A DNA stretch of 64,000 bases from Octopus vulgaris (taxonomy: Eukaryota): positions 109,678,001 to 109,742,000 of the forward strand of contig OX597816.1 of assembly GCA_951406725.2 (NCBI GenBank). The letters are read 5' to 3'. The notes under the pieces are model-generated. The model searched no databases and had not been told where the DNA came from. It was given only the letters and a program-made list of their open reading frames with translations. Numbering within the stretch: position 1 is the stretch's first letter; every line of letters starts with the position of its first letter. Positions 50,382-63,800 of this stretch are shown piece by piece. A program made the position numbers and the translations under genes.

Positions 50382-50890
50382 GAGACAGACAGATAGAGAA
50401 AGAAAGAAAAAAAATGGAGGAAGATATACAGCTCGAGATATAGAATATTTGAGATACTTGAAATCGAAAGTAATTTAACTGGAATGTTATTCTACAATAA
50501 ATATAAACAGCAGATATATTCAAATTATATCCATACACAAAAGAACTGTCTTGTTAATTCTTGAGGTCACTGAATAATAATTGTTTCTTGTGACATTTAA
50601 ATAAAACAATTGATATATAGCAATACATCAGGTCAGTTCATCTTCAGAAATGTAAAACTGGCAGTATCGTTTCTTTTCCCAATAGTCTGGTGTGTAGTAG
50701 GATCAGAGTCACATTTACTTTTCAATTATATTGGGCTCTATGAAATAAGTGTACCAAATAGGTCATATGCTGACCTGGTGATAATTGACATTACACCTAC
50801 CTTACTAATACGTGACCTTATCAAAAATAAAACAAAACAAAAACAAATCATCATCATCATCACCATCAGTTCTATCGTTCTTTTTATTAC

Positions 50891-51407
50891 TGAGTGAGAG
50901 AGTAGCGCATACCATGAAAGTGACGCTGGAGTACAAATATACGAACCCAAGTATTCTTATCAGGCACATACGTCACAACCATATGTGCATAACATGGTAA
51001 TCACATATCAAGATAAACAGCGCACGATCTTTTAGGTGGGGCACTGTTAGAATTTTTTCCAGATCCTGTAGCCAACTCCACTTAAAAAGCTCCCTGAATA
51101 AGGTTGTTTAAGAGTGATGAACGAAACACCTTTTTCCAGAGGTATATCATTCAAAATTTAAGAAATTCCTCTCAACACATCGCTATGATACCCTAACCCA
51201 CTACCACCCCTTGTGATCAGAGATGCACATATGTTTAACCACTAATGGACATGTTCAACTGGTTACGTTCACCAACTGAAAAGAAAATCGCCGTGATTGA
51301 GCACGATATTTGCTGTAGAGCATCTTTGCATCAAGCAATATATTTACAGTTCCAGTCAATTAAATCAGAAGCTATCAGAACCATTGTCTGAGACTGCATC
51401 ACAGCAT
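50891..51407 (-). mobile_element. Unclassified ~520-560 bp non-coding interspersed repeat, copy 1
   Basis: Colinear homology with 57429-57985 (TGAGTGAGAGAG...GATCAGAGATGCACATAT...ACTGCATCA). Strand inferred from the A-rich tail. Confidence 0.8.
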
Positions 51408-51408
51408 G

Positions 51409-51409
<1 letters not shown>

Positions 51410-51481
<72 letters not shown>

Positions 51482-51537
51482 GTAATAATAAAAATAATAA
51501 TAACAACAACAATAATAATAATAACAACAACAACAAC

Positions 51538-51600
<63 letters not shown>
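51410..51600. repeat. (AAT)n/(AAC)n microsatellite
   Basis: Direct reading; target of the adjacent Dong element. Confidence 0.95.
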
Positions 51601-51602
<2 letters not shown>

Positions 51603-53663
51603 GCGCAGAAATCTCAGCACCGCATGGATTGACTACAAAAAGGCCTTCGACAGTATACCGCATCCATGGATCTTGAGATCGCTGGACATCTTCAAAATTT
51701 CCCCTGTGATTTCAGACTTCCTGAAGCACAATATGTCGTTGTGGAATACGAATCTCCAATTATACCACTCTAATGGAGTACTTGCCTCAGAAAATATAAA
51801 CATCAACTGTGGAATTTTTCAAGGTGACTCACTTTCACCTTTAATATTCTGCATAGCCCTAATACCCCTTACAAGTGAATTAAACAGAACAGGGTATGGG
51901 TATAAAATTGCCAATAAAAAAAATAAGCCATCTATTTTATATGGATGACTTAAAACTTTATGGTAAAGACAATAATGAACTTGAAGGCCTATTGCGCACC
52001 GTGAAAGCATTCAGCGATGACATCGGGATGGAGTTTGGACTTGAGAAGTGTGCCAAGGCCACTTTCCAGAAAGGGAAAGTGAAGACCACAAATTCAGTCG
52101 TGTTAGATGTTGACACAGTCATAAGAGAGCTTGAGCAAGAACAAACATACAAATATTTAGGGATAAATGAAGGCTCTGGTATTCAGCATGCAAGCATGAA
52201 AGAGAAAATCAGGAAGGAATGTTATAGGAGAGTTTGTGCAGTCCTGAAATCTGAACTAAATGCACGTAACAAGGTGTTAGCTATAAATTCCTTAGCAGTT
52301 CCAGTTGTTACTTATAGCTACAATGTGTTGAACTGGAATATGAGTGAAGTAAAGAATATAGATAGAAAAATACGCAAGCTGCTGAGTTGTAATAGGATGC
52401 ACCACCCAAAGGCAGACGTAGATCGCCTTTACCTTCCCAGAGCCCAAGGAGGTCGAGGCCTGATCCAATTTGAACTAGCTTACAAAACAACGACAATTGG
52501 ACTGGCCAAATATCTCGAAATATCGAATGGCTGGATGCTAAAGCTCGTGGAAAATCACGAGAGACGAAAGAAGCTTCATTCTATCATAAAGGAAAGCAAA
52601 ATATTTGCTATTGATCTCGTGCAGGATACCCAAACTGAACAACCCGAGGGAGGTACGGCAACTATTGTTGCAAAGAAGGTGAAAATGATGGCAATGAAAA
52701 AAGCGCACGAGCAATTGGCTGATAGGTGGGAGGAGAAACCTCTGCACGGCAAATATGTGACCCGCAGCAAACAAGCTGATGTTGACCAGAAGCAAACCCA
52801 TCAGTGGCTACGGAGCTCAGGGCTAAAAGCAGAGAGCGAAGGTTTCATCCTGGCTGCTCAAGATCAAAGCCTATTAACCCGGAACTACCAGGCCAATGTG
52901 ATGAAAAATGGAGCAGACCCAAAATGCCGATTCTGCAATGACATGATTGAAACAGTGGACCACCTAATCTCTGGATGTAAAGTCTTAGCACCAGTGGAGT
53001 ATAAATTAAGACATGACAGAGTTGGCCAATATCTCCACTGGCTAATAAGTCGGCATTACAATATCAAAACTGCCGACAAGTGGTATAATCACCACCCTGA
53101 GGCTGTAACTGAAGGAGAAAATGTAACCATTCTGTGGGACTTTCCAGTACATACAGACCGAAACATCAAGGCCAATAAACCAGATATTGTTGTGAAAGAC
53201 CAAAACAATAAAGTTTGCTTATTGATCGACATGAGCATCCCCTGTGATCATAATATCTCAGCGAAAGAGTTTGACAAGCTCAGAAAATATAAAGACCTAC
53301 TCATTGAAATTGAGAAAATGTGGCATCTCAAGGCGGTTACAATACCAGTGATCGTAGGATCACTAGGAATGATCAAGAAGGGAACCGAAAATTATATGAA
53401 AATGATCTCTGGCTTACCATCCCTGCAAGAAGTGCAAAAGATTGTCTTAACTGGTACATCACACGTATTGAGAAGAGCATTGTCGATGTGAGAACTGTTG
53501 CTGCTCATGTATTTTAATTTAACTTAAAAAAAAAAAAAAAATGAACGAACTACTGAGTTTGGTTTAATGGCCTACCAATGTATACTATGAGTTTCTTTGC
53601 CCTAGGAGTCGGGAAGACACTCGGCAAGAAATGGAAGCAAATTTGAAAGAAGAAAAAAAAAAG
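51601..53663 (+). mobile_element. R4/Dong-clade non-LTR retrotransposon, 5'-truncated and well preserved (RT, CCHC finger, restriction-like endonuclease)
   Basis: AWIDYKKAFDS, GIFQGDSLSP, FYMDDLKLY, YKYLG, GGRGL, CRFC..ETVDHLISGC, RHD, KPDIVV, LIDMSIP, KLRKY. One frameshift at A8 (51916-51923); flanked by (AAT)n. Confidence 0.95.
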
Positions 53664-53685
53664 TAATAATAATAATAATAATAAT

Positions 53686-55042
53686 GATTGACGAGTTAGA
53701 TCAGTACTAAAAACAGCTCAATGCTAAAAACAAGATAATAGGTATTAACACTTTAGCTGTCCCAGTTATAAGTTACAACTACAATATCCTTAACTGGACA
53801 CTAAATGAACTGACCAAAATAGATAGGAAAACAAGAAAAATAATGACAGGATCTAGGATGCATCACCCAAAATCTGACATAGAAAGACTATATATACAAC
53901 GTATAGAAGGTGGTAGAGGCCTTATACAACTGGGAAACTACTATAAAATAACCACCATAGGACTGCAAAAATATCTACTTCAGTAGGAAGGAAAACTGAT
54001 ACAAATAGCGGCAAAACACGAGCAAAACAAAAAACTGTTCTCAGTATTTAAGGAAGCTGACAAATACAAACAAGAAACCATACCACCTAATAAATATGAA
54101 GAAGAAGAAGAAACAACAAAAGCTATAAAACAAATGAAATCCAAACTAAAAATAGAACAGCAACGAACCATGATAAAACGATGGCAAGAAAAGCCCCTTC
54201 ATGGTAAATACTGCACTAAACTAAACGCAAAAGAAATAGACAAAGAAAAATCCCAGCAATGGTTGAGAAGCTCAGGACTCAAAGCAGAAACAGAGGGATT
54301 TTTAATTGCAGCACAAGACCAAAGCCTCCCCACCAGAAATTACCAAAAACATGTAATGAAAATAAATATTACAAGTAACTGCAGAATATGTGGAGATGGA
54401 CAAAAAACAATAAATCATATTATCTCTAGCTGCCCAGTCATGGCTAAGAAGGAATATATTCACAGACATGACAGAGTTGGAACCTACATACATTGGAAGC
54501 TATGCCAACATTATGGAATAACAACAGAAAAAAGATGGTATAGGCGCACACCAGAAAAGGTCACAGAAAACGAGAAAGCAACCATACTCTGGGATATGCC
54601 GATACACACAGATAGAGAAATTAAGGCCAAAAGGCCAGATATAGTTGTCAGAGATCATGAAGAAAAAAATGCTTTCTAATTGATGTATCGATACCGGCAG
54701 ATGACAACGTGTCTCTAAAAGAAATGGAGAAGCTCTCAAAATACAAAGACCTGGAAATAGAGGTAACCAGAATGTGGAATCTGAAAACAGAAACAATTCC
54801 TATCATAGTAGGTGCATTAGGCATGATAAAAAAATATTCAGACAAATACATAACAAAAACACCAGGACTTACAAACAGATATAACATACAGAAAATTGCA
54901 CTACTAGGCACTGCACACATCCTACGCAGAACACTTTCCATACAATAACCATCAGAGCATCACAACAAATCACAACACATACCCAAGGTTCACAGAGCTG
55001 CGCTCAGTAGTGAAGTGAAAGCACGCTATAAAAATAAAACTA

Positions 55043-55045
<3 letters not shown>
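53686..55045 (+). mobile_element. Second R4/Dong-clade element, different subfamily, 5'-truncated
   Basis: MHHPKSDIERLY, GGRGL, CRICG..TINHIISSC, RHD, RPDIVV, KLSKYKDL, GTAHILRRTL. Has a stop and a frameshift; (AAT)n on both sides. Confidence 0.93.
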
Positions 55046-55092
<47 letters not shown>

Positions 55093-55119
55093 TAATAATA
55101 ATAATAATAATTATTATTA

Positions 55120-55768
55120 TTATATAACTGTTCAATATTTGATAGATTGAAGCAAATTTCTACTGCATCAGCTGCTACACCTCCGTGTTACTGGGGTATG
55201 TGCAGCATTGCGTTCTCTTTTGCTGTTGCGAGTGTGCGAATTCTTACCGGTATTGTATTGAGTTAGCATTTTTGGTACTGTGTGTTGAGTGTGTAATACT
55301 TTGGTTTCCTGGATTGCTGATGACAGTTTATTTTACTGGGTAACTGCTGTATAGAGTGTGTCTTGTATTTGTGGGTTGTACTGTTTACGATGTATTGATA
55401 GCATAGGATGTGGGCTGTCCCTAGCAGGGCTATTTTTGGGACAGTGTGTAGCGTTGAGAATTCAGATATAGTGTCTACATTTTTCTTCATAAGATTTTTT
55501 CTTATCATGCACAGTGCTCCAATTATTACTGGTATTGTTTTCACCTTCACGCCTCACATTTTGAATACTTCAATTTCGAGTTCATTTTACTTTGAAAATC
55601 TCTCCACTTATTTTTTGACAATATTTTAATGAGACGGGACTGCAATATCTATCCGTAAGCGGGTGTTTTTCTCCCAATCTTTTACTATTATGACTGGGGG
55701 ATTAGCTTTTATTTCTTTGACGATTTCAACCGGCATATCCCAGATGATTGTGGCCTGTTCGTCCTGTG
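55120..55768 (-). mobile_element. Third R4/Dong-clade 3' fragment, tail-to-tail with the previous copy
   Basis: ATIIWDMPV, IDIAVP, KTIPVIIGAL, KIALLGTAHIL on minus. The microsatellite flips from (AAT) to (ATT) at ~55110. Confidence 0.85.
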
Positions 55769-55769
55769 A

Positions 55770-57162
55770 AAAGAATAGCCGCAGAACAGAGCAACCAAAT
55801 TGTAAAAGTCAGTGGCAGTAACAGCAGTAGGAAATTATCTTTCTCCTGTATGAAAATAACTTTCTACAAGTAGAAATTTCAGCACCCCCACGACAACAAC
55901 AACAACACTCGTGAGAAAAACTTCCATCTCCACCGCTGCCAGTGGCGAAGTGGCCACCACTAACATCATACACGAAAAATCAAGAACAAGGAAAAGAAAC
56001 TATGCAAATGCGCTGACAGCGGTTTTGCCGACGCAACGAGGCAAATAAGAGAAGAAATTTTCATAAATGAAAATGAATTTAAAAGTACAGAATATATGGT
56101 GGGGAAATGTGGATGAAATGTGTTACTAACTGTTCCTAAATATCTCCAGCAAGAAACTAATTTGCAGACGGTTCAATGCAAAACAACTGGAACGAGTATT
56201 AGATTAGAGCAGGCAGCGTACCAGTTGATAGAAAAATGTCTGCGACCAAATTTGAAGGGCATGATTTATATAACCATTGAAGGCCGGGGAATGGCACTAT
56301 CGATGTGAGTTTGGCTTCAGAGGAAGAGATCAAAAGACACTCAACAGACACTTTACCAAGGCTTGTAGAATGCATAAGCAGATCTGAGTAGCACAGGATA
56401 TGCAGTTGTTGATACAGGCAGATCAACCGGGTGTTGACTTCATCATCCTACCTGATGGCACGAATCTTTACATGACTGTTGCAAGTAGAAAGCCGTGATA
56501 TCACTTGTGCATGCTCCAAAATCACCCGATGTTTTTTCTGCATTCCACGCGAACTAGGACGTGGGGAAATTGTGTTGGTATATGCAAACGACTTTACCGT
56601 TATAGTATCGAAAACCAGACACATAGACCTGACCAGCATTGTTCTAAAAAGATACGAGGAGGTGACAGGAACAAAAATTAACCAAAAAATGAGAGTGGAC
56701 CTGGACAGGTCGATCCATGGAGTTTCATAACGTTGTGGCACGCTGGACATAGGGACCAGTTAAATTGCATGGTGTGTGGTTTTGTCCGAATCTCCAGGCG
56801 AAGTGGTGGGCGAGGTAAAAAAGGGAAGTGAAGTTAGAGAGGGAGGTATTCCCCCCAGCAATTTTATTGAAAGGTGGCTGACTGTAATAAGAATGGCCCG
56901 AGTAAACGGACCGACTATAAGCATGTGCTAATATACGATAAGAAAAAGGAACTTACCCTAGTGGTCAGGACCTCCGTGGTTTTGTGGGGTTTCCTCACGC
57001 AGCCCTTCGAAATTTCCCTCTTTCGGAGAATTTTTCATTCTTAAAACTGATTTTATCGTTGTCACTGTTTACACACTCCAGTCTATGAAAAACCTCACAT
57101 TGTATTGTTTTGTACCGTTCCTTATATTTCTATGAACCTCTAGTGGATTATAAAGTAAACAT
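55770..57162 (+). mobile_element. Decayed, deleted Tx1/L1-clade LINE ending in (TTC)n
   Basis: VYANDFTVIVS...LKRYEEVTGTKINQK (YADD region), VKLHGVWF; T-rich 3'UTR ending ATAAAGTAAACA-(TTC)n. Confidence 0.7.
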
Positions 57163-57426
57163 TCTTCTTCTTCTTCTTCTTCTTCTTCTTCTTCTTCTTC
57201 TTCTTCTTCTTCTTCTTCTTCTTCTTCTTCTTCTTCTTCTTCTCCTTCTTCTCCTTCTTCTTCTTCTTCTTCTTCTTCTTCTTCTTCTCCTCCTTCTTCT
57301 CCTTCTTCTTCTTCTTCTTCTTCTTCTTCTTCTTCTTCTTGTCCTCCTCCTCCTCCTTCACCTCCTCCTCCTTGTTCTTGTTCTTGTTCTTGTTCTTGTT
57401 CTTCTTTCTTTCTACTTCTTCTTCTT
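57162..57426. repeat. (TTC)n/(TCC)n polypyrimidine tract
   Basis: Direct reading. Confidence 0.95.
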
Positions 57427-57428
57427 AT

Positions 57429-57985
57429 TGAGTGAGAGAGCAGTGAATACCATCAAAGTGACACTGGGGTAAAATATACGAAGCTCAGAATACCCATCAT
57501 GACTCCCCGTCTGATAAGGATACACCAGGAACATGCATCTCCACCATATGTACATGACATGGTCAACTCATATGAAGAAAAACAGCGTATGAACTTTCAG
57601 GTGGGGCGCAGTTAGAATTTTCTTCTGATCGAGTAGCCCATTCTGCTCAAAAGGTCCCTGAATAAGGATCGTTTAAGGATGTTGAACGAACCACCCCTGT
57701 TTCAAAAGTTGAATTATCCAAACCTCTAAGAATGCCTTTCAACACACGGCTATGATGCTCCTCCACTACTTCTGCTCATGATCAGAGATGCACATATCGT
57801 CAACCACTAAGGGGCATGATCAACTGGTTAAGGTGAAACAACTGACAAGCAAATCTGTGGTATTGAGCAGAATATTTGCTGTAGCCCATCTTTTATACCA
57901 AGACAAAACAATGTACATGATAACACTTCCGATCAGTTAAGATCAGAAGCCATGAGAGCCACTGTCTGGTACTGCATCAGGGCAT
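57429..57985 (-). mobile_element. Unclassified interspersed repeat, copy 2
   Basis: Homologous to 50891-51407. Confidence 0.8.
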
Positions 57986-58073
57986 TTTATTATCCCCCTC
58001 CTCCTCTTCCTCCCTCCTCCTCCTCCTCCTCCTCATCATCATCATCATTATTATTATTTTTTTATTATTATTA

Positions 58074-58119
<46 letters not shown>

Positions 58120-58120
58120 G

Positions 58121-59078
58121 ACGGCAGCTAGCTGGCAAAATCGTTACTGCACCGGACAAAATGCTTAGCGGCATTTCATTAGATTGTGTTCAAATCCCGT
58201 TAAGGTCATCTGCTTCTCATCGTTTTGGCATCGATGAAATAGGTACCAGCCAGGCACTAGTGTCAATGAAATTAATGTAGGCCCCTACTCTCAAAATTGA
58301 GGCCTTGTGTCTATTGTGGAAAATATTATTATTATTATTATTATTATTATTAAGTCAACAAAATGCAGCGAACTGGCACAATCACTATTGCACTGGACAA
58401 ATTACTTAGGTGCATATCGCCCATGTTTACGTTCCGAGTTCAAATCGAGTTCAAGTCGACTTTGGCTTTCGTCTCATCGGAGTCGATTAAAAATGTGTCA
58501 GTCGGGTACTGGGCTCGATGTAATCAAAATTTCAGGCCTTCTGTCTGTAGTAGAACTGATTAAGGGGGCGAGCTGGCAGAATATTTTGTATACAGGACTA
58601 AATGCTTTGCGGTATTTTGACCGTTTCACATTCCGAATTGAAATTTCGTCGAAGGCAATTTTGCATGTTTTCCCGTTGGCACACCGGGCAAAATGATGAG
58701 CGATATCTCGTCCGACTTTTCGTTGTGAATTTATATTACGCTGAGGTCGACATTTCATCCTTTCAGGGTGTTGAAAATAAGTAAGAGTTGAGTACTGGGA
58801 TTGATGTGATCGACTGTCCTCCTCCCCACAAAAATCCAAACCTTGTGCCTATAGTAGAAATGATTATTATTATCATTATTATTAAGGCGGTGATCTAGCA
58901 TAATCTTTAGAGTGTTGGACAAAATAGTTGGTAGCATTGCTCCTGGTTTTTTATGTTATGATGTCAAATCCTACCGCTGGTAACTTCCCTTCAACCTTCC
59001 GAGGTCAATAGAATAAGTACCAGTTGAGCACCATCCTCCAAAGTTTCTGGCCTTCAGCACAAGTCATGAAACACTTAT
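58121..59078 (+). mobile_element. Head-to-tail cluster of about five old family-B SINEs separated by (ATT)n
   Basis: GGC(A/G)GC.AGCTGGCA..ATC-type heads at ~58122, 58364, 58565 and 58886, a headless copy at ~58700-58860, and tails CCTT.TG.CT.TAGT.GAAA-(ATT)n. Confidence 0.8.
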
Positions 59079-60699
59079 TATTACTTGTTTATTTCTTTCA
59101 TTTAAAAAGTCGTGTATCGCTCCGTAATGCTTGAAAATCACAACTGTCTAACAGCCATTTTTCGAACATGGTGTAATTTCTTAGACCTACTTTTTATCGC
59201 AGAACGAAACATGATGCAAAGAGACGGATTTGTTCCATTCTTTAGTATTTTGTTGCGAATTATATAAGTTTTTTTTGAAAAATATATTTTAATGAAAATT
59301 TTGTTCGAAACAGTACTATATTTGCGAACCGGCTATTAAGAAAACTTGGCAAGAAAAAGAATGAGAAGTGAGGTGATGGAATTTGCTATTTAGACTGAAG
59401 TGTTACACATCACCTCGACACAAAATACATCTACCGCTATCATTAACACCACTGATTCGAAAAAGCTGATTGATGAAGAATGAACATCAAGAATGATTGA
59501 TGAACAACACCATTCTGTCGAACAGAACAACAACGAATCTAAAATTATTATCAGCAACAAGAACGAAAATATGATAGCGGTGAGAAGAAAAACAAAGTAT
59601 GGTTAGCGGCAATAACAGTAAGAATAATAGCGTCCAATTAATCAAGTTCACAAGCATGGAAAACAAACCCATTACCATCCTCATCAGCAGCAGCAACGTC
59701 ACCACCACTACGACCGCGATCTCGCTTTGCTGTGATTGACAATATACAAATCCGAGCTAAAGCTGCGTTATCTATAGATGTTTGCGAAAATTGACTAAGT
59801 ACATTCACCCTTTCTCAGGCACGTTTCTCCAAATTCTCATTTATTTAGGTGAGGCGAAGAGCAAAATCAGGTGTCAGATTTCTGTATACTTCATAGAAAC
59901 AGTCATTTTCACATCATACGATACGGCTAGTACAACGTGTTACCTTAACATTCAGAGAGCCTTAATTTTAGACGACTAGGATAGATAAAAAGATTGATTT
60001 GTTTCTTGTGCTGGGACTAATGACAGAACAGTATGGATAACCTCCACGAAGACATGGTGTACAACTTCGACAAAAACCCTACAGGCTAGGAAATGCCCTC
60101 AGCTAGGTCTCTTTGAGATGGATGTAAGCTGATAGATTAATTTAATTTTCCAGTCAGTCTTTTCCCGTCATGGGTTCGCTATGTCAAGAGTTTTGGCGAA
60201 CTGCTTTTGAGAAATTTTTGGAGGATTGAGCCAGCTGCCAAAAATTTATTTTACAGAGAACTACAAGCATATCTAACTCGCTTTCGTAGCTATACCTATA
60301 GACGTTTCGGAATTGTTAAAAAGAGGATAGTTCCGGTGAAACATTCGTTAATGTTGTGATGATCGATTTCTAGTCTATAGCGTGGGTGAAGGTGTTTGAA
60401 AAATGGATCAAAATGGTGAATATGGCCCGAGTAAATTGGTCTACCCTCAGTAGGAGCTTGTACAGAGGAGAATAGCAACTGAGAGAAGGTATTTATCGTT
60501 TGTGGTCAGGGTTATTCTGGATTTGTGTGGTTATTTTAAATTTCAGTTGGTTGTCTCCTCTATTGGTTTTCTATTTTATTTTATATTGTTGCTTGCATTT
60601 TGTACGATGTAATCAATGCCTCATCTTATTGTATTTTTAACTTTGTATTTTCCTCGAACATAATTGCAGCCAATAGAAATTGTTATTATTGTTGGTAAT

Positions 60700-60872
60700 A
60701 CAGAATCGTTAGCACGTCGCACAAAATTCTTCACCGCATTTCTTTCAGCTTTATGTTCTCAGTTCAAATTTAGCCGAGGCCAAAAATTTTACTTCCTTTC
60801 AGGGTCGATAACATAAGTAACAGTTGAAGACTGGTGTCGATTAAATCGACTTACCCCTCCCTCAAAAGTCTA
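60700..60872 (+). mobile_element. Old family-B SINE
   Basis: CAGAATCGTTAGCACG...GTTCAAAT...GCCGAGG...CCTTTCAGGGTCGATAA.ATAAGTA. Confidence 0.75.
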
Positions 60873-63800
60873 GTTAGATAGAAATAAGAAATGTGCTAAT
60901 GATAGAAATGAGTACTATTATTATTGTTGTTGTTAATAAAATCATCATCATTCTCCTTATGAGTGCTCGATCGATTAAAATTATATATCCATCTACATAT
61001 GCGCTAACTGAACTATCTTTGGGCAAGACTAGCAGATAAATTTCTTTCTCCGATACGACAGTTACCCTAGTCACTGCTCGTCAGCTTGAGGGGTTGCCAC
61101 TTGGCAGGTCATTTGTCAGGACGTAAAGAGCTTGAAAAGATACAATAAAACATCTTGCGATAACATCTGTCGATGATTTAAGCAATCGACCACACTTGTA
61201 GATACTTCGTTATCCACCTCGGAATGATGAAGATCAAAGTTAACCTCAGCTGGTCTTGAACTTAAAGGAAAGATTCTCCACCGAAACATAACAATAGATT
61301 CGATTTAGTGCCAATTCGTATCCTCTAACTCATTATTGAGCATATTTACATTTCGATAGAGGTCTCTAAAAAATAATGGCTTATCAAATTTTACAGGAAA
61401 AAATTGTTTTAATTATTTTGTAAACAGTGGGCTTCGAAACGTTTGTTAGTCTATTCTAATGTCTGAAGTTCACTACAGACTTGCTATTTAGATATTAATT
61501 GACATCTTGTCGAATAATTTTCTTGTGTTTACAATCTATTCTATTAGAAGAGGAGTGATGGGCATTAACAAAAAAGGAAATAACAATAGGCATTCCCCCT
61601 GAGAAGAAAATGATAAAATAATATTTGAATGCACGAAAACAAAATTAATAATTGATGAAATTTCAGATAAAACTAAAAAACAAATGCTCAATTCGTTAAT
61701 TCGTTTGTAGAGGCAAGTCATCATTTGAAACTTGTAGACGAAAAAGCTATAATCAAAAGTTTATGTAAATAGATATTTTAAAACATAATAGCAAATATTC
61801 TATACAAAATGTATTAAGAAAAAAAACTATATCATTCAAAATCTTGGCAGATTTCCGTTTATTGGACTGGCGTCAGCTTTCCACACTTCGTTATAGAAGA
61901 GAAACGCAAAGTGCCTATACTTTGCCAAAAATACATAAGATTTTCGTATTCTTACCAAGAAGGAGTTTGATACAGCCCCGGTAGACACTACGTGACTACA
62001 AAATAAGACCAGATTTGTGTCCTGTATTGAGTGATGACTCGAAGAACTTAAAATTAGGAACTCAAGGTACATAAATCATCATTTACTCATGTAGGAGAGA
62101 ATCTTATTCAGAATCTTTTTGTGAAGAAAAAATGCAACAAATACTATAAAATAAATAAAAGCCCCATAGAACTAACGCTGCTCACACAAGTGCCTGTATC
62201 TATAAAAAGTACAAGATGGAAATATATAGGAAACTAAATCAGGAATATTAGGTATCCTAATCAACACTAGTAGACATTCTAAAGCACATTTTATTTTATT
62301 CCGTTCTGTTATGTATTGTATAATGCCCTTCGCCCCTCGTCTTCATAGAAATTATCTGTTGCATCTCACAGACCTTTGAAAACATCGTGTTTAAAATTTC
62401 ATTACACTTTTAGGTTCTCTCCAAAACCCCGTGTCTAATAAAGTGTTATTTTATTATAATTATTTGCGCAGTGTTATGTCATGACTCCAGACATTTGTTC
62501 TTTCTTTCCACGATATAATTTAATTACAGTTTTACCGAGCAAAGCTCAGGCATTTTAAAATCTATCTTTTACTCTTTTCTATACTCTTTATATATGTGAA
62601 TAGTTATTTCAAATGAATTATTAGTAAGTGAATTAATTTAAATGAGCCATCGTTTTTGTCTTCAGAGTATGGTTTCCCCTCTCTGTACAAAATCTGTCGG
62701 TAAATTATATACGCATCACAAAGACGATATAATAATTAGGATGCCGTAGTGATATTTATCGACATGTTAACATTCATTGCGCAGACTTGTAACCGAAAGT
62801 TTTCCCAGATTTGATTATCCCACCTGCTCCCTTTCAGGCATAGTACACCTTGGAAAATGCTTGCCAATATATTTTCACCTTTTAAAGTTTGTCATCGGTC
62901 GCCATCTTCATTCTTTCAACTGCAAAAAAAGCGGACGTAATCATTCCCTACGCACGCGATCTTTCATATCAATTGCGGTCGCATGATTAGGTAATTATTC
63001 TTGGTAATCAAGAATGGCGTCACTGCGCAGAATTTGGCCTATTTTAAGCGTTGCTCGAGGGCGACTATGAGCTTTTTTATTGTAAGTACAAGTATTTTCA
63101 CCAGCTCTTGAGGATAACTTTGTATACTGATTTGCTTAAACCGTAGCAACGCTTGTCCGTCAAATATTTTGCTTCATTTTCGTTTTAGTTTCAAAGTTTC
63201 TGCACATATCTTTGATGTTGCTCTACATCCAGTGACGAAGTCATAATAAAAAATCAAGCAACTTCGCAAAAGTTTCCTTGTATGTTCAAAAAACGAATTT
63301 GTTGAGAAGAGTAATAAAACCTAAAAAATGTAATTACAAATCTGGGTAGATGTTTCTTGAATTGATGCAACGTAAAGCAAAATGTTTATAACATACACTA
63401 TTTGCTACTCTCATTGATAGGGACTTGACAGCCATCTAAAGGTTTTAAATACTGTGATCCTATGAGATACTTCTAAAATGCGAGATAAGTATTTGCAATT
63501 GATGTAGAAACAAATCAAGAGCTGCTGGGAATGTTAAGGTGACCTTAAATATAAATGTAAACGTATTTCACAAGAATATATAGATAAACGAAAATGCCCT
63601 TACTACTATGTCCATTGCGTAGACTACGTGGAAGATGTCGGATACAAAAAAATTGAGCTCAAAATATAAATTTATATCGTCTTAAGTGCCTTTCCTTTGG
63701 GTACAAGCGTAGCCACTACTCTTCGGAGCTTAGTGGTCTTCTGTTATTTCCGCTCAAGTATTCTTCGATAACTCATCTATTCTTCAGTTGTCAACTGAAA

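Noticed and set aside
51913-51926. Programmed ribosomal frameshift at the A8 run
   Set aside because: R4/Dong elements have a single ORF and the site is mid-RT; a homopolymer indel or sequencing error is simpler.
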